A stretch of DNA of 45,595 bases from Chiloscyllium plagiosum (taxonomy: Eukaryota): contig NC_057719.1 of the NCBI RefSeq assembly GCF_004010195.1, forward strand, positions 7,146,397 through 7,191,991, read 5' to 3'. Positions 35,855-45,595 of the stretch are shown here, piece after piece. Under the pieces are notes generated by a model. It was given only the letters and a program-made list of their open reading frames with translations, made no database searches and was not told the DNA's origin. Position 1 is the first letter of the stretch. Every line of letters starts with the position of its first letter. The position numbers and the translations under genes were made by a program.

Positions 35855-36890
35855 GAAGGAGTAAGCCTTTGGCACCTTGAACCTGCTCTGTTATTTAATA
35901 AGATCCTGGATGATCTAATTTTAACTTCAAATCAATATTTCTGTGCACTCTGGTAATGTTTCAGCCCTTGCATGTCAAATATTTATCCACCTCTACCTTG
36001 AAAAAAATACTTAAAAGCTCAGCTTTCACCACCTTTTCAGGAAGATAATTCCAAAGACCCAGTACCTTCTGTGAGAAAAGATTTTGCCTTGTATGTTTTA
36101 AATGCACACCCCTGATTTTTGTTTTGTAAACAGTGACCCCTATTTCTAGATTCTCCCATAAAAAGAAATGTCCACTCCACATCCACCCTATCAAGATTCC
36201 TCCGATTTACTTGTATCAGTTGAGTTGCTCTTGAGCTTCTATACTTGGGCAGATACAAGCCTAGCTGAAAATGTGTTGCTGGAAAAGTGCAGCAGGTCAG
36301 ACAGCATCCAAGGAGCGGGAGAATCGACGTTTCGGGCATGAGCCCTTCTTCAGCACTAATCTCCAGCATCTGCAGTCCTCACTTTCTCCCAGATACAAGC
36401 CTAGCCTGAACAACCTTTCCTCAAGACAGTCCACCATTCTAGATTTAGTCTGGTAAACCTCTGAATTGCTGCCAATGCACTTGCATCCTTCCTTAAATAA
36501 GGTACACAAACTGATCAAATATGGTCTCACCAGTGCCCTTTAAGACCATAAGGCACAGGAACAGAAATTAGGCCATTCGGCCCACCAAGTCTGCCCTGCA
36601 TTCAATCGTGGCTGATTGGTTTTTTTAACCCCGTTTATAACTGAAAGATAAACTCCTATGTGAATGATAATCAGTTTTCGTAATTACTTGATGTATTTGC
36701 ATAATTGTCTTTTGTGATTCAAGTACTAGAATGCTCAAATTCCTCTATATTCAGAGTTCAGTAATTTCTCACCATTTACACAACTTGCTTTACTTTTCAT
36801 TTTCCTCCCAAAATAGACAATTTCACACTTTTTTTACATTATACTCCCATTTGCCAGATCTTTGTCCTCTCAATTAACCTATCTATATAG
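35855..36890 (-). mobile_element. Old CR1 LINE with nested PLE terminus and short CR1 3' end (about 36540-36634)
   Basis: Minus translations RQNLFSQKVLGLWNYLP...FKVEVDKYL and VRPYL. Confidence 0.75.
36266..36389. mobile_element. Inverted PLE-terminus insertion with intact hammerhead core (minus, 36321-36354)
   Basis: A 16-bp TSD CAGATACAAGCCTAGC at 36250-36265 and 36390-36405. The minus core reads CTGAAGA-AGGGC-TCAT-GCCC-GAAAC-GTC. Confidence 0.9.
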
Positions 36891-36892
36891 GG

Positions 36893-38658
36893 TTATAGAA
36901 TCATACGGCACAGAAAAAACCCTTCGGTCCAACTCATCCATGCCAACCAAGTTTCCCAAACTAAACTAGTCCCATTTGCCTGTGTTTGGCCCACATCCTT
37001 CTAAATCTTTTCTACTCCTGATCTGCCCACATGTTTTTTAAATGTTGTAACTGTACTTGCATCTACCAGTTCCTCTGGCAAATCATTTCACAGATGAACC
37101 ACCCTCTTTGAAAAGGTTGCCTCTGCCTTTTAAATCTTTCTCATCTTATCTTAAAAATGTGCCCTCAAGTTTGGAACTTGTCCACCTTATTCACCTTATC
37201 TGTGCCCCATCACCTATATGTTGTATTAAAAAAGAATGGGTACCCAATGAACAGTCATTTCTCAGCAATAAACCCAAACAAGCAGACAAAACACGTCCAG
37301 AAAACCTAGCTGCTCCCTCCTACAACAAAGTCATCTCGAATGACTACTCAGCCCCCTTGGCATCATGGTAGCCCACAAACCCACCAACACACTAAAACAG
37401 CAACTAATGAACTTGAAAGGCCAAACACGGACAACAAGCAAAACTAATGTCATTTACAAAATGCTTTGCAAGAACTGTAACAAACACTATATTGGACAAG
37501 CAGACAGAAAACTAGCCACCAGGATACATGAACATCAACTAGCCACAAAAAGACTTGACACTCACTCACTAGTATTCTTACATTTGGATGAGGAAGGACA
37601 CCACTTCGACTGGGACAACACATCCATCCTTGGACAAGCCAAATAGAGACATGCATGAGAATTCCAACTGGAACGCTATTAACAAACATGTTGACTTGGA
37701 TCCCATTTACCACTCCCTAAGAAGTACAACAGGAAATTACATAACCAGAGAAAATGACGTCGCCACAGGAAATGTCATTGCCAACCCAAGGAAACATACA
37801 AATAGAAAGCAGGCAATACCATCGTGCCTCATCCAGAGGCTCACTGAAGGTGTTACCTGGTATGGTGACAAAATGTCTGAAAATGAACCTTGCAGCTCAG
37901 CGAGCAAACCTACATGCAAAACCTCAACCTGATCTACAAATCTTCTCAAAACTCGCTAGCCTCCCATGACCTTATAAACTTTTTTAACGTCAGGCTTCAC
38001 CCTCCTAAGCTCCAGTGGAAAAAGTTTCAGCCTATCCAGCCTCTCCTTATAATTCAAACACTCCAGTCCCGGTAGCATCCTTGGAAATTGTTTCTGTACC
38101 TCTCCAATTGAATAGTATCCTTCCTTTAGCAGGGCAACCAGAATTATATACAGTACTCCAAAGGTGGCCTCCCCAATGTACTGAATATCCACAAAATGAC
38201 ATGCCAACTCCAATACTTGATGATCTGAGCAATGAAGGCAAGCATGCCAAACGCTGCCTTTACCACCTGTGACGCCACTTTCAAAGAATTATTTCCCTGA
38301 ACCCCGATGTGTTCAACAACACTCATCTACCATTAATTGTATAAGTCCTACCCTGACTGATGTACCAAATGCAACACCTCGCATCAGTCCAAATTAAACT
38401 CCATCTGCCACTCCTCAGCCTAATGGCCCAATTGATTAGATCCCTTTGTAATCTTAGATGGCCGCCTTCACGATCCAGTATATCACCAGTTTTAGTGTCA
38501 TCTGCAATTTACTAACCATGCTTCCTAAATTCTCATCTAGATTGTGTTTATATAAATGACAAACAACAGTGGACCCAGCACCAGTCCTTGTAAAACACCG
38601 CTGGTTGTAGGCTTCCAGTCCCAAAAACAACCCTCTACAACTGCCTTCCATCTCCCAC
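36893..38658 (-). mobile_element. CR1 LINE split by a family B PLE
   Basis: The 3' end is at 36893-37210 and the RT part at 37960-38658 (RMLPGLECLNYKERLDRL; LKVASQVVKAAFGMLAFI). Confidence 0.85.
37215..37958 (+). mobile_element. Penelope-like element (family B) 3' part
   Basis: GIY-YIG translation NVIYKMLCKNCNKHYIGQADRKLATRIHEH. A decayed hammerhead-like CTGAAGG-TGTTACC..GGTGAC-AAAATGTC lies at about 37844-37878. Confidence 0.88.
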
Positions 38659-38659
38659 A

Positions 38660-40740
38660 TTCTTTGTCTTCACAACTTACTTTCTGACCTATCCTTGTGT
38701 CATCAGCAAATTTGGCTGTTAATACATCGAAATCATTTATATAAATGGTAAATATTTAAGGTTGTAGCATTGATCCTTCTGGCATTCCAATCGTTTGATC
38801 CTGCTAAATTGAAAAAGATGCATTTATGCCAACTCTGCCTGTTGGCCAACCAAATTTCTGTTCAAGTCAGTATGCTACTTTCTATTCCAATAACCATTGA
38901 GTATCAGGTGTCACTGGTTCCATTTTATCCATAACACATTACTTTCTAAAAGTTCTCCAGTAGTTGAATATGATTTCATAAAACCATGTTGACTTTGCTT
39001 GATATCTAAGAGCCCTGCTATAACTACTTTAATAGCAACTTCTAACATTTTCCTAATGCCAGATGTTAAGCTAACCGGCCTATGGTTTACTGCTATCTGT
39101 CCTTCCATTTTTGACTTTAGGAGTTTAGCTTGCTATCCTCCAAACTAATTGAACTGTTTCTGAATTGAGGGATGTGTTGATAAGTTAAAACCAATGCATC
39201 AGCTATTTTACGAGATTAAAGATCCAATGATGAAGTCCATAAGGACCTCCATTTGTCAGCCCGCAGCTCCAGCAATTTACTTAGGACCACTTCTCTTGTA
39301 ATTCTCTTCCCTACCTCTCATTTCCTGAATTATAGCTGCTTCAGGGATCTTATGTATATCCCCTATAGAACAGACTGATGGAAAATACCTGTTCACTTCC
39401 ATCTCTCTTACTTTTCATGATCAGTTCTCCAGATTCACTTTCTATGAGACCAACACTCATACTATCTATTCTATGTTTCTGACTAGCACTGTTTTTAATC
39501 TGTTTTTTTTTAGTTATTTACTTTTTTTAGGTTTTTGACCAATCTTCTGATGTGCTTCCTGACTTTGCATGATCATAAGCCATTTCTTTGTTTTATTGTC
39601 TATAAACTTTCTAGTTAACCACAGATGGCGGGTCCATCTCTTAGAATTTTCATTTTCAGTAGAAAATATCTATTTTATGGGTTCTGAAATAGTCCCTTAA
39701 ATGCTTACCATCACATCTCTGACATATGCTTTAACCTTGTTTGCTAATTTACTTCAGCTTTCATGCACTCATAATTACACTTGATGAAGTTCTTATTCTA
39801 TTTAAAACAAAGATGTTTCCTCCTAAAACTTAATGTGAAATTTAGTCATAATATGATCGTTGCCACCTAAGGACTCCTTCACTATCAGATCAGTAATTAA
39901 TCCTATCTCTTCAGTTAATGCAAGGCCAAGTATAGCCTCCTTCATAGTTGGCTGCAGAGCATGCTGTTATAGAGGTATAGAGATGTACAGCATGGAAACA
40001 GACCCTTCGGTCCAACCCATCCATGCCAACCAGATATCCCAACCCAAACTAGTCCCACCTGCCAGCAACCAGCCCATATCCCTCCAAACCCTTCCTATTC
40101 ATATACCCATCCAAATGCCTCTTAAATGTTGCAATTGTACCAGCCTCCATCACTTCCTCTGGCAGCTCATTCCATACACGTACCACCCTCTGTGGAAAAA
40201 GTTGCCCCTTAGGTCTTTTTGATATCTTTCCCCTCTCACCCTAAACCTAAGCCCTCTAGTTCTGGACTCCTCGGCCCCAGGGAAAAGACTTTGTCTATTT
40301 ATCCTATCCATGCTTCTCATGATTTTGTCAACCTTCAGGTCACCCCTCAACCTCTGACGCTCCAGGAAAAATAGCCCCAGCCTGTTCAACCTCTCTCTAT
40401 AGCTCAAATCCTTCAACCCTGGCAACATCCTTGTAAATCTTTTCTGAACCCTTTCAAGTTTCACAACATCTTTCCGTTAGAAAGGAGACCACAATTGTTT
40501 GCAATATTCCAACAGTGGCCTAACCAATGTCCTGTACAGCCGCAACATGACCTCCCAACTCCTGTACTCAATACTTCGACCAATAAAACAAAGTATACCA
40601 AACGCCGCCTTCACTATCCTATCTACCTGCGACTCCACTTTCGAGGAGTTATGAACCTGCACTCCAAGGTCTCTTTGTTCTGAGAAACTATCCCACAAAC
40701 ATTCTCTGATCTCCTCATCAAAGTTGCATTTTCCCATCTT
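38660..40740 (-). mobile_element. Very old CR1 LINE containing a younger CR1 3' fragment (about 39969-40680)
   Basis: The old copy gives NHRPVSLTS...SQHGFMKS and FDEEIRECLWDSF. The young copy gives LVRPLLEYC and KLERVQKRFTRMLPGL, with its 3' end at 39969. Confidence 0.8.
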
Positions 40741-43700
40741 AACTTTTCTGGTCTATATATATATGCTAACAGGGCGCTTATTTGTTATCTCTTCAAGTCT
40801 GAAATGTCCACCCCACCTCACCCTGCGGGAGCTGCAATTCAGTAAATTTAATTCGGGGGCGTCTGCAACACCAAATAATGGACCTTAGCCAAACATTTCT
40901 GCATGCCATTCAGTTAGATCGTGATAGATCTGTACCTCATATTCCACCTACTTCCCTTTGTTCTATATCCCTTGATATCTCTTCTAACAAAGGGAGATGT
41001 CAAGATTACCACTGACAAAATAAAACACTTTTTGAATTGCTTAATGTATTGACAAATCTACAGAAGAAATTTCGAATTGCTTGAAAGTATTAGAATGGAA
41101 CAAATCTACAGAAGAAATTTTGAAACCCAGAAGTGTAAATGGTTTTGCAATTGTCAAATTCAATTATTACTGGCATTGCTGCCACTAAGAATTTCAGGAC
41201 TGAGGTTGGCCAATATACTTAGGAACATGATGTTTACTGTGAAACCTGATAAGGCAACTATAACTTATGACACTAAATCTGACTCAGGTGACCTTTAAAT
41301 GGTTTGAGCTATTTTTCAAGATGCAATCTACAGCATGATAGTCCAGTATCGAGCATGAAAGCGTACCTCACGAAGCTGATGTATAATCGAACCCTGGACT
41401 ATTTTACAGCTTCTCCCTCAAAGTTGGATTTTTTGTTACAAAATTATTTTTGTATTCACATTGTGCCTTTGTCACATTTCAAAGAGTCTTTACATTGCGT
41501 TATATTAACTGTTCTCTTGGAACTCTCGCCACCTGTAATCAGTGTGTGGAAAGGGGTGTGTCTCCTCTTACTCTTTGATTATGTATTCAAATAAACAATT
41601 TACAGCAAGCTTTTATGTGTTAAAAATAAAGAAGGTAATTTATTCTCATGGTTTACCCTAAATCAACACAGCATGTACTTGGTGTGCGTGCGCATATATA
41701 GACACAGATCAGATACAAATAATCTGCTTTTAAGATTACTGTTAATTCAGTCTGATTTACCATTCCTGACCTTTATGTGGCAGCCTGTAGTTTCTTGAAT
41801 GAGTTCAGTGATTTTAAATCTCGCATTGGGTCTTATAAAGGTTCTCAGCATGTTATGATGTTTGTTGACTATCTTGGAGGTTGATTCTCAGGTCAGGGTA
41901 CTGGATTATTAAGGGTGCATTTCCTGAACCCATGATAACTGAGGCGCACCAAGCATTATTTGGATGGAACAGGTCAACACAATAAAATAGGAAATAGATA
42001 GTAACCATTGAGTTTCAATCTTACCTTTTATTCAGGATGAAACATAGAAAAAGGCAATCCGGAGATTCTATCATCTTTGATGTTAACCCATTCCGACACA
42101 AAGTTGCACCTGTATAACCCATCACAGATAGTTGTGAGCTTTTAAGCAATGCCCAATTTTTTTGGATGTTAGCTCGAGGTTTCACATCTCTCGCCCAAAT
42201 TCCAAAAGTTGTATGAATTTGGCAGCTATCTGAATATCTTACTGATGCCCATTTTTTTTAAAAGGAATTCACTGAAAGTGCATATTGCTTGTCTGTACTG
42301 GGTCTGACACCATTATATAAGCGAAGAAGAATTTTTGAGAGTCTAAGCGTGTGAATATCACTGGAAAAGACGAATTTTGTCAATGTTTTTCAACTTTCTT
42401 TCATGAAGAGATTCACAAAAGCAAATGGTCTGTTTTGATGCTGTACATCTCTATGACAATACTAATAAAAAGGGGAATGAACTGTATCATTGGTCTCATT
42501 GGCAATATATGGACTTAGATTAGTAGATATTTTGGAGAGTGTTGCCACGGAGAATACACCAGCTAGATGATAACTGATAATTAACTGCTGAGCTTATTTA
42601 AATTTAAACCAGCAATTTTACTCCGGTCAAGCCAGTGCCATGAGGAATGCAGCAGAGGAATAAGTGTATTTTAAATACTTAAAAGTATTTGTTTATTTAA
42701 GTTGGAATTGTCAGTGGAAGCATTTTCTGTTATTTGTCTCCAGGCTACTGCCATGACTGGAATTTATTGTCCATCCATCTAAGTGATCCTGAAAACCTGT
42801 CTATGAAACCAAACACAGAAAATACTGAAGAAACTCAAAATCTGGCAGCGTCTGTGCAGAGAGAAATAAAGTTGCTATTTTGATATAACTCTTCAAGCTA
42901 TGGTCATGTAGAATTGTATTAACATTCAGGACAGATCAAGTTCTCAACAGCACTAGACAATTGTTTTATGTGGCACTTGACAGTTTTACGATCGGATTTT
43001 ACTGATACCAGTTTCTTCCTTTTGTTTCAGTAACTGAATCCAAATTCTCTTACTCCCATGGTGTGATTTTGAATACTCATTCTCTGGATTTAGTCCAGAT
43101 CGTTGCATTACTAACCCAAGAACATCATGACCTTGTGTACCCTTTTCCAGCTTAAAGGTGATTAAAGCTATTTGAAAGGAGAGCAAGCAGTCTCTGTTAA
43201 AATCTCATTACTTAACATTTTCTTCCAACCATTAGCCAATGTCACTCGATTCCCTGTTTAATAGAGGAGCATTTTGTTAGCGGAGAAATAGTACAATTGT
43301 AGCTAAGCCAGTAATCACTGGACTGTGAAGGAAATCAGCGCTGTGTGAGTAATGATTTTTTTCTTGTGACAAAACACAAAAGAAGCTACTGTTTAATTGC
43401 TTAAATCTTCTTTATTATATCTTTTGCCTTCAGTCTCATTGTGAACCTTCAGTTTGAATTGAATTCACTGTGAATTTAAAGCCCTCATTGTTTGCTTTAA
43501 TGCTGCATGATTTATGTATGTGTATATATTTACAAAGACCCTTTTGAGACTAATGAGTTATCATTTGCGTATACCACTTTAGACCTGCACTGACAACGTC
43601 TAGCTGAGTTAGTGTGGAAAACTGCACCTGTGTTTCCAATCATTGGCTTTCGCTAATTGAGAAACATATCAAATAAATCAAACTTTGGTTTTGTAACAAT

Positions 43701-44467
43701 CTGCCTTTACACTGCACAGCCCTGCACCGGAATAAACCTGGAGACATACTATATGACTTCTCATCTAAATTATACTGTAGGCCTGGCTTGGTGCCAACTG
43801 CATAGTGTATTTGTTCCACAGACTTGTTTTTGGAAACTAGTCTTTTTTTAATTCCTTCCTTAAATGCTGACTTTGCTAGAAAAGCTCTCCTTTATGACTG
43901 ATTCCTGCCTGGGGTTTAGAAGATTTTGGTGAGCTTGCTTTCCTGAAACATTAAACATTTCTCTGACGTAGTGAGGACATGTTGCTGTTGTTATCATGTG
44001 ACCATTTGTGCTTATCAAGGTGACAGGTGTTGTTGGGAATTGGAACCCAACCCTATTCCTGGTTCTCAGTACAGCTACAGTATGCGTAAACTGCAAAGTG
44101 ATCTAACTACTACTGTATCGCCACCATGCCTTAGCCCTATTAGCAGAAGAGCACCCTCTGCTGCACCAGCATACAATTTTGTTCTTCCAACAGGAAGCTT
44201 CTCTGGTTTAGGTGAAATGTAATAACTTCTGTCTTCCTGTCATTAAATTATTTTTGAATGATTTAGATGATTCCTCGCCATCTATTTGTGTTAAAAAGAA
44301 AATAAGTCTTTATATAATCTACGAATGGGTTGTTGTCATTCCTTTAAAGAATACTTTAGAACTCGAGCATAAAATGGGTTTTGATTTGAATTAAGAGAAG
44401 ACAAAAGCCTGATGGAACCTCGCTTGAAGAGCCTGACGGAAAATGTACTTTATGTAAGATGAAAATA

Positions 44468-44712
44468 TCAGTACTGCTTCACAGTTTGAAAACATGTACC
44501 AACAGATATAAGAACAACTACTTCCCCATTGTTATCAGACTTTTGAACAGACTTAATAGAGTTGATCTTTCTCTGCACCATCCCCTGTAGCTGTAACACT
44601 ACTGTATATTCTGTACTCTGTTCTATTACCCTGATGTACATACACAATGTATGATTTGTCTTGCTAGCACTCAAAGCAATACTTTTCAGTGTGTCTTGGC
44701 ACATGTGACATG
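44468..44712 (+). mobile_element. Rex1/Babar-like LINE 3' end
   Basis: The translation SLKTCTNRYKNNYFPIVIRLLN resembles the Rex1 C-terminus. The tail reads CTTTTCAGTGT...CACATGTGACA. Confidence 0.6.
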
Positions 44713-45256
44713 CTTTTATTGGAAAGAATTTGTATTGTGTTGCACAATAATTTGCCCAGGATTTGGTGGTGACATGAGTGTCAAATCCCTATTTTGCCTC
44801 CATTTGGTGTGTGCTTAATTATTTATAGAATTGTAGAATCAGTATGGCACAATAAGTGGTTATTTACCTGTCAGATTGAATGGAGTTCCATTTAGTTAAG
44901 GTGCTAAATAATCAGTTAGTGATAATTACCCTCACTTCAGGAGGATTGTGTGTTGATTTCTCAGAGGCTGCATAGTTTACCTTTAAGCAATTTGTGTTTT
45001 TCTCAGTCAGAAATACTTGTTTGCAGTAACTAAAATTAGCCCATCACCATTGAAGTCTCTTGGGATTTCCTCATTTCTAATCCTGACGACAAAGTATTTT
45101 AATGACAGGATGACTAGCATGTAAAACAGTATTGTTGAATAGGCAATCACTTCTGTACACATAGATGAATAATTTAAATGGAAGCATTTGATTGGGATCA
45201 AATTAGTAAATTTCTTGACTAGCGCAGCTTTTCTCAAAACCATATACTCTCCCTGG

Positions 45257-45595
45257 GTAAAAACAATGACTGCAGATGCTGGAAACCAGATTCTGGATCA
45301 GTGGTGCTGGAAGAGCACAGCAATTCAGGCAGCATCCGGGAACGGCAAAATCGACGTTTCGGGCAAAAGCCCTTCATCAGGAATAAAGGCAGAGAGCCTG
45401 AAGCGTGGAGAGATAAGCTAGAGAAGGGTGGGGAGAGAGTAGCATAGAGTACAATAGGTCAGTGGGGAAGGAGATGAAGGTGATAGGTCAGGGAGGAGAG
45501 GGTGGAGTGGATAGGTGGAAAAGGAGCTGGGCAGGTCAGACAAGTCCGGACAAGTCAGGGGATCGTGTTGCTGGAGGTTAGAAACTAGGATGAGG
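45257..45595 (-). mobile_element. PLE 3' terminus (family A variant), runs off window end, with intact hammerhead core at 45347-45384
   Basis: ACTGCAGATGCTGGAAACCAGA...GGTGCTGGAAGAGCACAGC. The minus core reads TTC-CTGATGA-AGGGC-TTTT-GCCC-GAAAC-GTC-GA. Confidence 0.88.

Noticed and set aside
41053..41124. Short direct repeat CAAATCTACAGAAGAAATTT (also a 30-bp duplication at 19224-19277)
   Set aside because: Ordinary local micro-duplications with no further structure.

Overview
This is repeat-rich vertebrate genomic DNA with no prokaryotic features, no CRISPR array and no intact protein-coding gene. The repeat complement looks like cartilaginous fish (shark) intronic or intergenic sequence, which is an inference from recognised repeat families. 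A large part of the window is decayed retroelements: many CR1 LINE fragments, at least three Penelope-like element (PLE) families, one L1-clade LINE that keeps its 5' end, Rex1, Tx1 and L2 remnants, tRNA-derived SINEs and two probable solo LTRs. Several are nested, with readable target-site duplications (TSDs). All long ORFs are broken retroelement ORFs. The most notable structure is a set of 120-220 bp PLE-terminus insertions that are inverted or fold back on themselves. They carry minimal hammerhead-ribozyme cores with compensatory stem changes and are flanked by 12-16 bp TSDs. Also notable are a ~285 bp direct duplication wrapped around a bare CR1 tail, and two weak candidate small exons. 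No host gene could be identified.
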